A DNA stretch of 64,000 nucleotides from positions 1,550,001-1,614,000 of the forward strand of contig JAUFOQ010000010.1 of assembly GCA_040285855.1 (NCBI GenBank). Direction: 5' to 3'. The notes beneath the pieces are model-generated. The model searched no databases. It had not been told where the DNA came from and was given only the letters and a program-made list of their open reading frames with translations. The translations under genes were made by a program, and so were the position numbers. This DNA is from Eukaryota sp. GEM-RC1 (lineage: Eukaryota). Position 1 is the stretch's first letter. Each line of letters starts with the position of its first letter. Positions 11,701-23,738 of this stretch are shown one piece after another.

Positions 11701-12768
11701 TTTTCATACCTATCATGTAGGAACGGGCAACAATTTATTGCAATAGTATTACTACGAAATTTGGGAACCCAATAATTGATATTAATAAAATAGACAAAAA
11801 TCACATATCAAAGTGACATAAGTTGAGATCAAATTTTATTCAATATTGAACGTTTTTGACTCAGTCTGATCACATCTTAAATTTAGAATACAAACTACAA
11901 CAAAAACAATCACGGGAAAAATGTTCTGCAATAGCATTTAGCTTCTTTATGTCTACTTATTGGTAAAACATATGAAATTCAAACTTCTTCAACGGAAGTT
12001 GGCGCTTATGACACTTTACGTTGATCAACTCAATTTTAAAAAAAGGACACCGTGAAGAATTCTAAAACAATTAATCTTCAAAAACTAGGCACACTTTACA
12101 GCAAAGGGTTATTTCCAATATATTGTTATTGAAAAATTATCGGAAAATGGGTTGTATTCAATAAAAACTATTGACAGTACCAATAAATTGTACCGATAAA
12201 TTGACACACATTCTTCGTATGTTTGTCTGTAGCAGGCAGATCCGACAACAAGGAAATTCATTCGGTTGTTCTTTGCTCTTAGATGTTCTATCTAGATGCT
12301 TCTTACCACAGATTAAATGTTGTGGTATTAAATTTAATAGCAAACTGTTCGGAATATTGAATCACTTATTTATTGGAAAAGAAGGTGGAATTAAAAAATT
12401 CTGTTACTGTTGATTTTTAAATAGATGAGAATTGTTGTAGGTACTCCCAATTCTACCCTTATATATACCAAAACAAAGGACGAGAACAGAGGAAGAAAGG
12501 AAGTAGGACATCTTTGGCGTAATTTGGTGTTGATTGTGTCTCAATAACACATACGACTCTTTGTACAAAATCTTCAGAAGGAAAATGTGTGAAGAGAAGA
12601 AAGATTCGTGTTGGGTTCCAAATGTGAAGCCAAAGACTATATAATGTTAGAGTGTTTATTGTACATCGAGATCGATCGATGTACGGTCGATAGAGACGGA
12701 AAGATCGATCGACAAATGTTTCGAAGCGAAAATTTGGCACTAAACCGAGGGAAGACTGTAGTATGGAT

Positions 12769-13389
12769 CAGGGATTGGAAAAAATATATTTATATTTATT
12801 GTGTACCAACAATATTTATTGACAATAAGAGATCTTGAACAATATGGTATTGTTATTGTGAACAATAAATATATATATATATATTGACAATGTATTGCAA
12901 TATTTGAAAACACATAAAAGAAGCAGTTTATTTGAATCTGAGTAGATTCTTTACCTTCTAGTATCTTTATCACCCCTGGTTCGAAATCAGGAGACTGCCA
13001 GATAGTGGACAAACGCGGCAACAATAGGCAACATAATGTCATTTGTCTACTGGAGGTTCTGGTTGGGGCGTGACTTTCAAAAAGATGCGTTTTGCTATCT
13101 CTTTGCCGTGTACATATTTGTAGAAGAAATTATTCTTTTATTGTAGCTTATATATTCCACTGCATGGTCTTTGTTCATTTCCTTCCTCGTAAGAAAGCGA
13201 TTTATGTTCAATTTTACAATGTATTCTCCCACAACGATTCGAAAAAACACTGGTGTACCAACTTTTACACTAACAATAACACATCAATATATTGCAATAT
13301 ATTGTTATTGTACATGTACCAACAATAACATATTGTTATTGCACTTATTGCAATATATTACAATAGCAATAAATTTTTTCCAACCCCTG
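12769..13389. mobile_element. hAT non-autonomous element (621 bp)
   Basis: TIRs CAGGGATTGGAAAAAAT / ATTTTTTCCAACCCCTG; 8-bp TSD GTATGGAT (12761-12768, 13390-13397); subterminal ACAATA repeats; possible internal transposase remnant (SPDFEPGVIKILEG). Confidence 0.92.
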
Positions 13390-13769
13390 GTATGGATCCC
13401 TTTATTGTTTACATCATCATATCTGTTGTTATACAAACCTTAGTTGACACTACTAAGACTTCAAAAATGATTATAAATGAAAGCTTTTTCTGATTTGTTA
13501 CAATTTCTGGACATTAATAACCACCTTCTCTTAATTCAAAGTTTGAACTTCAAACTGCAACTGGAACTTCGCAGCTTCTTGAGTGATAAACGACAAAGAA
13601 TCGATGTTATGTCTTATGAACTATAAGTTGTCTTCGTCGATTTTTTCATTTGATTATCTAATACATTCTCGTGCTACTTTCCTACAGCGTTTCTCAAAGT
13701 TTATCTACTGTTTAGATACCAAAGATTGCAACTAATATATGGACGGTCTCTACTAAATATATTAGAACA

Positions 13770-13836
13770 ATTCACATTATGTCCAGATTCCCATTATGTC
13801 CTGCCGGATAGGTGGACATAATGAGAGGGTAGACTG
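13770..13836. mobile_element. Orphan pogo/Tc1-like transposon terminus
   Basis: ..GAGAGGGTAGACTG followed by TA, with repeated CATTATGTCC motifs; no partner end found. Confidence 0.4.
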
Positions 13837-14357
13837 TATATCACTCCTTAATTCCTTCCCTACACGTAAACATCGAACGTTTTTATAGAATTAAGACATA
13901 TAACACTCAACTCCAGAATAATTTCTATAAAAGTGAGATTTTAGAAATGTGCCAAAATAAGAAATAGTCTGGATCAGACTATTTCTAGATCAGACTAATT
14001 CTTTATCCAGACTATTTAAAACATATATATATGATACAGTTAATTCATTGAGGTATTTTTCAGGGGTTAAAGCATTGGAATTAAAATTGACAATAATCAA
14101 ACAAGTAGCATATCCAAATCTTGAAAGGTTGCGGATTGTTGATAATGATTTGACTGTTTTATTTCATTGTAAATCCATAATTGCAATTGAATCAAAGATA
14201 CATCAAATACCATACATCGTATAAAATATACAAATAGAGTCAATAAAAAATACAACTGATGATATAAATAATGATACTCATTCATTAATAATCTCGATAG
14301 ACAAGTGATTAATGGTAAAAAAATGATTATTCATATAAAGTATAACTTTATTACATT

Positions 14358-14561
14358 ATGAGCTCTGCTCCAGTTTGTCCTCCTACTCCCCGCGCTGTAC
14401 GACCTGTAAGGTTATACGATGTATTGGGTCCTTCCGCTCCTCTAATTTTCCCTGGGGGAAATGATATCAATGCTATGGAAGAAGAAGATTCAGGGTATAT
14501 CACGCCCACTTATTTAGTTTCGGACGGTACTGGAATTTGCCCAGGTGTTCCTCGTAGATAA
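14358..14561 (+). CDS. Small Pro-rich hypothetical protein (67 aa)
   Basis: ATG-initiated, relatively GC-rich ORF between very AT-rich spacers, flanked by other short co-oriented coding-like stretches. Confidence 0.4.
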   Translation: MSSAPVCPPTPRAVRPVRLYDVLGPSAPLIFPGGNDINAMEEEDSGYITPTYLVSDGTGICPGVPRR

Positions 14562-14786
14562 TAATAAATCCTTAATTTTATAGTGTTGTTTTCATTTTTT
14601 TAGTATTATTTTTATAACATTTCATTTGACAATTATTAAATGAACACATCCGAGAACGAAACATCTCCATTGATAAATAAATCAGGAAAAGAGAAAGAAA
14701 ATTTATACAGTCAAGGCATTAAGGTAGCTAAAGCACATCCTCGGATCACTGGACATTTAATAATAGTATTGACCTTATTATAGATA

Positions 14787-16442
14787 TTAGAAGAGCTGCA
14801 TGTACAATGTTTGAAAGTCACTATTAAACATCTTGCAATGTGACTCTATGTCATCAAATGTAGATTTACGTTCAGTTTCAGTACTTGAATTAAATAAATT
14901 CTTTTCGAAAACTGCTCCTTCTGATTCTCCTTCTCTTTTCTCACTGTTCAATATGCCAAGGAGCTCTGTCAAGGTGTAAGTTATCCCCATAGTAAGTCAA
15001 TTGTCCATGGAGATCTCAAACCAGGAAATGTGTTGATTGTTGATGATAGATTTGTTGTTGTTCTTCAGCTATACAAGATATACACTATGATCCCAGAGTT
15101 GAATATAAGTACTGTCCAATTGTCCTCAATGTCCATTAATTGTTTACTTGGGTACCAAGTGATCAAGACAATTACCTTGATTATTGGAATTTTGTACACC
15201 AAGAATAGGTAAAATTATCTGACTACAATCTGAAAAACAGTAATTTTTGAATAATATGAAATTCTGAGTAGTGAAAATTCCTTCCTCCACTGAATAGAAC
15301 TACATATATTATAATAACAGATAAAATTAAATATAAAATAGGAACCACATGAATTAAAAAGATTGAAAGAAGAACTAATTGAACATTGTTAATTTTCCTT
15401 CAACAAAGAGATCAGTTCAACTAGTTTCACCAGTCTTAACTCTCAGCCACTCAAAGAAGAACAAATCACGTCATCTTCTGTTGAAACACGCGTGTTGTGC
15501 CCTGGTAATTCCAGATATTCCGTAAGTCTGAAACCTTTATCCAATGATTCAATGATGACGTGATCATGGGGTTATTACTATCACTGAAAGCAACGAGAGA
15601 AATAGAAAAGATTTGGTAGCAAGTATAGATGAGGACGTTTGCAAAAGGTCATAAAGCACGTCATCTTTTGACCCTAGAGAAGTACTTGATGGTCGTTGAT
15701 AATGAAAGACAGAAGAAAAAAGACATTGAAGTGAGACAGGGTGAAGATCAACAGACTCTCAAGAAGGATAGGTAGGATACCCAAGGAAAGTAACAGTCTT
15801 ACTTTCACAAATACTAGCAAAGATCGATGACGTGTCATTTGGATTTGATGACGTGTCACTTAGGGTACTGGGTAACCACATTCACCACTAGTGAGTAGAA
15901 TCCAATAGTAAGCACCCAGAAGTAGAGGAGATCTAGTATTGGAAGAGAGAAGAAGTAGATAGTTGGAGTGAAGAACTAGAGAGATGAAAAGTTGGTAGGA
16001 TTAAGAAAACTTCTGATCTTTTTAAAAAGTGTTAGTATTCCTTAGTGTTTCTGAGAGATTGCGCAGGAGAAGTGAAGTGGTATTTAGCTTCAACGTTCAA
16101 GGAAGAGGGATCGAATTGGCTTGTTATCTGAACAGCAGTACGGTGTATAAAGTCACCCATCTCCTTCTCATTCAAGGATCTGGTTGGGGGAAAGAGATGA
16201 CATGATTTCCCTCTCCTTGATGGGGAGGGGGGAGTGGGAGGGCGATCGACGCGATGATCATAGGTAAGTAAAGCTCGAAAATAAGCAGGATTGGAACAGC
16301 ACAAGCTCTGTCAGCAGAGAGAGCATGTAGTTGATACAGTAGTGAAACCTAAGGGAATCAACAAGTTATATGAACAACGGGTTTGTTTAGAACTCGAGGG
16401 CGCTTTGAGGAAGGACTATTGACGGGAGTGATGTTGGAAGTT
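14787..16442. repeat. Dispersed cassette copy 1 (kinase fragment + conserved non-coding block + decayed BTB-gene 5' end on minus strand)
   Basis: IVHGDLKPGNVLIVDD at ~15000-15050; GAAATTCTGAGTAGTGAAAATTCC block; paired GATGACGTGTCA; PSKRPRVL-coding segment. Confidence 0.8.
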
Positions 16443-17099
16443 AGCATAATCTCAATTCAAGCTCTGACTCATCATCTATTTCTTCAAACATATTAAATAC
16501 ATAAACAAATGTAAAGGCAATCTGCCTCGTTCCCTCTCCTTAGAGTGTTCTAGTCAATGAGTCTTCTTCATAATACACTCCAGGTTTTCCTCTTTTGATC
16601 AAATCAATTGAGTTCTAGACGTATTGCTTCTTGCATTGGCCTTCTTCTTTTCTCTGAACTATCTTTACTAATGTAATGTGTTTCGTCGGGGACTTCTTCT
16701 TTGTGTGTGTCCTCTGGTGGTTTGTTGTTTGCATCAGCATTTTTCTTCTACTTTACTCTTTTATTATTTTATTTGAACTAGTGTTTATACATGACTTGAT
16801 TCCAATCAATGTTGAAAGACGATTTTCACCATTAAGTTTTTTCGTAAAGCATTTTAATCCGTACATTCTTTGTATTGTATCACTTTGTCTCACGAATGGT
16901 TGTTTGTGTATTTTAGGCACTTTATCAGATAGAATTTTGGAGTGGCACTTATGAACACCTTTTACATTGTTTTGACTTAGTTCACGTCAGCTCGTTGAGA
17001 TCAAATCGACTACCATTGTGCCTTAATGACAAAGTGTGTTACAGAACGTGGAGTGTTTGTCATAAGTAACTTTGGTATCGCCAGACATTCAGTTGTTGT

Positions 17100-17659
17100 G
17101 ACTCCTCCAGATTGCTACAAACATTTACAGTTGACATTGTGCAGTGCTGCCAATGTGAGAGCTCTGGCTTTTACCCAATTCTCCGTAACTTGTTCTAAAC
17201 GGGATCGTTTGTCCAATATCTCATCATACAAGGATTACTCAAGGTCAGTGCTCAAAGGCTTACGTCCTGCACCAGATACCCGAAAGGAAGAACGGTCTGA
17301 CCTCATGATATTAATCTTATCAGCCTGCCAGTCTTTTTAACTGGAGGTGATTCAGATTCCGGTACTGAGAAAGAACAGCAGCTTTGCATTTCGTTTCCAT
17401 TACGGTGAGGATATTTTGTTTAAAGCCGATGGTGATTTGAGCTCGAGTACGGTTTAATTGGGGGCGAGGTTGTAGAGGGATTGGTAAACCCAATTGGTTA
17501 GGATGAGATCCAGGAGCCATAGTCAATACAGGGGAGGAGTATTTTGACTTTATGCTCATTAATAGTCATATAATAAAACACAGTAAATATCGATTTTATT
17601 TAATGTTTGATGTGAATACGTCAAATAATAAGTTATTTTCAGAAACGGGCTCTATTCGG
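17100..17659 (-). pseudogene. pogo/Tigger-like transposon 5' relic (CENP-B-type HTH)
   Basis: After a frameshift at ~17335 reads LKDW..SGAGRKPLSTDLE*SLYDEILDKRSRLEQVTENWVKARA; candidate end TA|CCGAATAG at 17659. Confidence 0.65.
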
Positions 17660-17734
17660 TAGGGCTAACAGTAAGAGATTGTCCATAGAGAGTTGACAGG
17701 ACTGAGAAGAAGATATCAAGATCTGATGATGCTT

Positions 17735-18540
17735 TGTGTTAGAAGACATACGAAAGTATGGAGTGAAATTAAGATAGTTTATGATTGCTATTATATATCT
17801 ACACTACTTCTTCTCCTTCTTCGAGTTCTCTTTGCTATAGGTGTTTTACTAGGTTTAGCTTTGGATGAGGTTCTCTTTCTGGGATCCGAGGGAGGATTAT
17901 TATTATTTTTCATGAACTCGACATAAGCTTTAGTGTTTTTAATGCTAGAAGAAGCAACTGTTGTGATATCACCGCCATACCACAGAACAGAACACATAAG
18001 TCCTTCATGTGAGTGGAACTGTTCCAACACTTGGATGATGACATGTTTTTCCTTATCACCTGCTGCAACTTGTTGATGTATACCATGGTTAGATGGAAGG
18101 TCAGAGTTATACAGCTTACATTGATGTACACTGGCTTGGGACTCAATACCAGATACGAGGTTCTTGATTTTCAAGGATGATGGTGAAGGAATCACGATGA
18201 CCAGGAATGGGCCAGAGTGTTTGCCATGAAGCTTTGTAGCAGTCTTAGAGGATCTGAGGATCAGATCGCCAATTTCAAAGGGATTTGATTTATTGAACTT
18301 AGGGGGTCTCTTTGACAATTGGTTGCTACTTGCTGATTCCTGCTTTTCCTTGATTCTCTCGTTTTTTCTTTGAAGATCTTCAATAAAAGGGATGCTTAAA
18401 TTGGATGCTTCTAGAGCTTTGATTATGAGACTGGGATCTGCTTTAGGACCAAAAGAGGACCCAAACATGAGTTCGTAGGGAGTGTGTTCGGTGTAACGGT
18501 TCTTGGTAGCGTTAAGCTGGAGTCGTCCTAAATTTATCAA
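17735..18540 (-). mobile_element. 3' relic of a gypsy element related to element 1 (IN tail, chromo-like domain, PPT, ~69-bp LTR)
   Basis: HTPYELMFGS..GDLIL..HSGPF..CSVLWYGG aligns with 5590-6320; PPT AGAAGGAGAAGAAG, then TGTAG..AACACA (17803-17735). Confidence 0.85.
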
Positions 18541-19374
18541 ACGAACCAGAATTGTGAAAATATTAGTTCTTTTGAAGCGGCTGATATGTTCTCGTTTCTT
18601 CCAATAACTGTTTAATGATTGTATATAGCTTTCAATTCATCCACATGAGGGTACTTCAATATGAATATGGCATTAATGACCAAAATAAGGTCATTAGCAG
18701 TAGATATTGAACGTGATTTCCTCTTCGTGCGAAGCTATCAAGTGGATGAGAAATAAAAAGGTGTCCCTGTTTTTGGTGTCGCAAAGATTTCTTTTTGCCA
18801 ATAATTGAATAAAAGTAATGTTAATTTAGAAAAGATGAATAAGCTAGATGGTAAAACAACAACAACAGTTTAAATTACTGAGAATACCTTAAGGTAACGT
18901 AAGGTAAAGAATAATATTATTCTTGTTTGACTGTAGTGAGTTTACTATAATCTTGACAGAAATCCTTCAAATACTACAGTAATGTCCATTTCGGATTGTT
19001 GTAGGGAAAGCAATGTTCTCTCATATTCTGTCCCGCTTAATCCATTGGTGAGGTTCATCTAGTGGTAAATTCATAATTCTTTTTATTTCTGTAAGAACTC
19101 AATGTATTGAATTTTTCTTTTACAATATGCTGCAATATGTTGGTGATATTGCCATTATTGCACAAGTGTATTTGTTTTTGATAGTGACTACTACACGAAT
19201 TCTTTGATTTGGTTCTATGTCCAGAACACTTAGGAACTTGTATCTGCAAAGACTTTCTTTCTGCACTCATTTTGTGGTGAACAAGTGCATTAAAGTTTAC
19301 CGGACTCATTGACAATTATCAAACATCTTTCAAATTGATCAGTATTTTGATAACGGAATATGACAAAAATGATT

Positions 19375-19840
19375 CACTGGTATGTGAGGTTGCGTTTTGT
19401 TATCAACTTATCATATCACTTTAAAACTGACAAAACAATACATTGAAGATCATATGTTCAATCGAAATTACATACTGCAGTGCTGCTTGTTATTAGTCTG
19501 CCTCAGACTAATTATGAACTCTGAATCATACAGTTGTTTCCAAATTTGTCTGAAACAGACTAATAATCCAGTCAGACTAGCACATTAAGTATGTATGACA
19601 ACATTTCAACTGGTTAAAAAATTTTGATTAAAAAAAACGATGTCGAATTTTTTGGCATATATTATCAAAATGCAAATCAAATGTGAGATCATTGATTACA
19701 GAAAAATTATTAGTATTGAAAAATCTAATTACATGTAATACATATTTCTAAAAAACCTGTAAATTTGAAAAGTAAATACAAAATTGACAATTGATTTAAA
19801 CCCTTTGGTGAACTAACTTGGATTATAGGATCTGCATATA
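19375..19840. repeat. AT-rich dispersed repeat, diverged copy at ~45890-46350
   Basis: Shared collinear blocks including TAGTCT..AGACTA hairpins and TTTGGTGAACTAACTTGGATT. Confidence 0.75.
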
Positions 19841-21079
19841 TCAGCCTGATATTATCAGGTCATCTAATAAGATAACTTAAAATAATTTGAACATCAAAAA
19901 GTGCCAAAAATAACTGTGAAATAAATATAATTAAAACAAAATAAAACTTAAATAAAAACAAAATATTTTATTAGTACAGTTTCTCTCAGTCATTATCGAT
20001 GAATACACAATCCATTTGATCATCACTTTCTTATCGAAATAGGTTGGTACATTTTCTGATTCGTATAATTGTTCTAACTATGTCGCCACCACCTGCGCAC
20101 CTTCAACATTAGTTCAATATTCAGCATCGTAGACGACCATGAGAATCGCTCACTGATCATATGCCCGGATATAGTTGTGAAATTGGCTTAGAACATAGGT
20201 AAAGGCTCGTCTGCATCGATTAGGTTCGACATTGAAATGGCAAAGTTGGAGGAAAATGACTTGACTGTGATTTTGGGCTGAGCTTGAGTCTTTTACTCAT
20301 CGTGGTTCAAGTCAATCAACAGCCTTGAGCACTAAATTAACCGATGTATTATATACATCAATGAATTGTACTTTCCGACATTGTATTTATATCTATTTAT
20401 ATTTTTTTTTATTTTTTTTTCCATGATAGTGAAAAAGTGTCAAAAATTAAAATATATAGAAATAAATGTAAATAAACAGTCATTTTAAATACACATTTTC
20501 CAGAAATGGAGAGCATATGATTTTGTGCCTTCTTCTTCAGACAAAATGTTTGTTGTCGATGTAGTGTCTCAATGTTTGTAAAAAGACATCTTTAAAGATT
20601 GCTTACTCTGAAACTTCCCTTTAGACATTTCTGAACAAGCCAAACAGTATAAGTACAAGAAACAACTGATGGCTTTAAAACATGTAAAACATGTTGAATA
20701 CTGTGCCCTTTGATGTTTCAATTTATGGACGTTTAGCAACAAGTGTAGTGAATTTTTTAAACGATTTCGGAAAAATCGTTAAAAATCGAACGAACAAACG
20801 TTTTGACCATATGTTGTGGTTGAATCGGATCGTTTTTACTGTTTTTTAAAACAATTCCCCTAGTCATCTCCAAAGCTTTATTAGCAGTGAGTTCCTTTTA
20901 TGAGGACATGTCTGTTGTAAGGTTTGATAGCGAAGGGTGTTGTTTTAATGATAACAAATTTTTAGTTGTTCGATCTATTACATTTATAATAAAATAATTG
21001 GAGTAAAAAAAATAGAAATTATATTTATTTATGAGGATTCATCACATACAACTATACACTAAATAAGTCTACATATACA

Positions 21080-21990
21080 CTATACAAGTCTAGAACTTTG
21101 TAAAGAACTTAAATCACTATCAAATGGGTTTTTGTGAAGATAAATCTGACGGATTTTGGAATTTTCCTTCAACGCCTCAGCAATAGCAATTGCCCCTTCA
21201 TTACCAATCGAATTGTCCTGTAAATACAGAATTCGAAGGGATGAATTAACTCTCAAAGCCTCAGCAATTGCAATAGCCCCATCATTACCTATAGCATTAG
21301 TCTGCAAATCAATCATTTCAACTGACGAATTAACCTTTAATGTTTCAGCTAACGCAATGGCCCCATCTTTTCCAATTGAATTCAAACAGAGATAAAGAAG
21401 TGTAAGTGAAGAGTTAACCTTCAAAGCTTCAGCGATTGCGATAGTACCTTTATCCCCAATAGAATTTCCACTCAGATAAATGGAAGAAATGGATGAATTA
21501 CTCTTCAAAGCTTCAGCAAATGCAACCGCCCCTTCCTCTCCAATAGTAGACCCCAACAAGTCGATATAAGTCACCGAAGTATTATCCTTCAGACAGGAAG
21601 CAATAGTAATAGCTTCGTCTCGGTAGATGGGGGTGTTGTAGAGGTCGAGACGTCCCACGTCATTGGTCTTAATACGACTGATCAACTCAAGTAGCTGGGA
21701 ACTCAATCTGGCAAAGGAACTTGTTGGTGGAGGATTATGTTGATCAGTATCAGATTTCGGGAAACTAGAGGGACATGAGGAGTACTTCTCTTCAATGGAG
21801 ATATGTGAATGGGATTTGAAGACCTTTAGGTGGTGAATCTGTTGAGAACATTCATCACAGAGATCGGCGGGGCATTTAGCACAAAATACTGTAGCGGATG
21901 CTTTATCTCACTCTTTGCAGAGAAATTGACGCTGTCCAGAAACAGATACTTGAAGCGCTTGAAGAGCTTCTTCCGTAAAAATGTCATTTT
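21080..21990 (-). pseudogene. B-box + RI/NLRC3-type LRR protein gene (frameshifted 5' part)
   Basis: 28-aa LRRs (L.L..NSIG.EGA.AIAEALK.N) in 21080-21706; the frame stays open upstream through ATVFCAKCPADLCDECSQQIHH..H (B-box) to a shift at ~21903. Confidence 0.8.
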
Positions 21991-22308
21991 GGGGAAGCTG
22001 TTGTCAGCAAATGACGTACCCTAAATTTGAATAAGTGTGACAATCACAATTTTGATATCCTGAGCAACGTTTAACAGTAGAATGTATGACGATAATAACT
22101 GTTAAAATCTCACATTGGATCACCGTGTTCAAAATAGTATTAATCTTTTTAGTTGGTCAAAAGATCAGTACCGGTAGTAGTACCGTACGTACATACGTAC
22201 ATACGGTACAGTACGGTCGTCTTAAATCGCCACGATACGGGACATTTGCGTTCCATGGTTCAATGTTGCATATTTGTTTTTGGTAATTATGATTAACAGG
22301 CTATCACC

Positions 22309-23048
22309 CAAATTGATTTGTTTGATAAAATAGAGTTGATGAGTAAATCTTACAATTTGATTTGCTTAATTAGCCAATAATTAAGGAGAGACTATATATA
22401 ATTGATCTGCTTGATTAACATAAAATTGCTCGATATATTATTTTTGTTGTAAAAATTTATGTTTATCTATAAAACGGAAGCAATATACAATGTATTCTCA
22501 TAGACAAAGATTTTGAAGCATTTGATTTAGATATCACATTTATTAAAACTAGAGCAAATTGATTTGTTTGATAAAATAGAGTTGATGAGTAAATCTTACA
22601 AATTGATTTGCTTAATTAGCCAATAATTAAGGAGAGACTATATATAATTGATCTGCTTGATTAACATAAAATTGCTCGATATATTATTTTTGTTGTAAAA
22701 ATTTATGTTTATCTATAAAACGGAAGCAATATACAATGTATTCTCATAGACAAAGATTTTGAAGCATTTGATTTAGATATCACATTTATTAAAACTAGAG
22801 CAAATTGATTTGTTTGATAAAATAGAGTTGATGAGTAAATCATACAAATTGATTTGCTTAATTAGCCAATAATTAAGGAGAGACTATATATAACTGATCT
22901 GCTTGATTAACATAAAATTGCTCGATATATTATTTTTGTTGTAAAAATTTATGTTTATCTATAAAACGGAAGCAATATACAATGTATTCTCATAGACAAA
23001 GGTTTTGAAGCATTTAATTTAGATATCACATTTATTAAAACTAGAGCA
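22309..23048. repeat. Tandem repeat, 3 x 246 bp
   Basis: Unit CAAATTGATTTGTTTGATAAAATAGAG.. starts at 22309, 22555 and 22801; near-identical copies; a partial diverged monomer lies at ~46413-46530. Confidence 0.95.
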
Positions 23049-23738
23049 GGAAATTTATATTGTGTATCTGTCAATGATTGGAAGCTTGAATTTAATAATG
23101 TAATAGAAGTACTCAAGGAATATTCTAACACCCATGAACTAGTTCTTGTAATTTAATCAAAGAACTAGATTTAAAAATCAAATGATTCTTAAGAACTTTT
23201 GGGGAATAAAAATAAATATTTATATTGCATGAAAGACTGAATATAAAAACCTAATCCGACCCTATTTCGTAAAGCATTTGGACCAATAAAAAAAGAAGGA
23301 TTTTTCTGTGGAGAAGTACCCCTTCTCTTTTCTCAACTAAAAAGACAACTAAAAAGACACTGTCAACATTGGGCCAACAAACATATCCCCCTCTGCCCAA
23401 AGGTTTCGAATATCACTGATGCAAATGGAAGACTGTTATCATAATGGACAAAACCGCCCAAACTCCCTAGTTACAGTGGATAACAGCTCATAACCTCCTC
23501 CAGAACCCAGAGCAATCCGTAAATCAGGAGGATGAGATTGGAAGGATTGGAGAACCCATAGAAGAGATGTTAGTTATGAGGCGAGAAGTGATTACAGAGA
23601 TTTAGCAGAGCCAATCTCATGTCCATAGAAGAAACTCTGTGAAAGAGTGAACAGGACTGATTGACTAGAACATTCTAAGAGATGGAGCGATGCAGATTGC
23701 CTTTACATTGGTATATGTCTTTGATATGAACTTGAAGA

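Noticed and set aside
19980..20340. Possible Tc1-family transposase C-terminal relic on the minus strand
   Set aside because: Motif too degraded (QVIFLQLCHFNVEPN) with many stops; cannot be supported
22309..23048. CRISPR-like array
   Set aside because: Contiguous 246-bp units with no unique spacers and no cas genes
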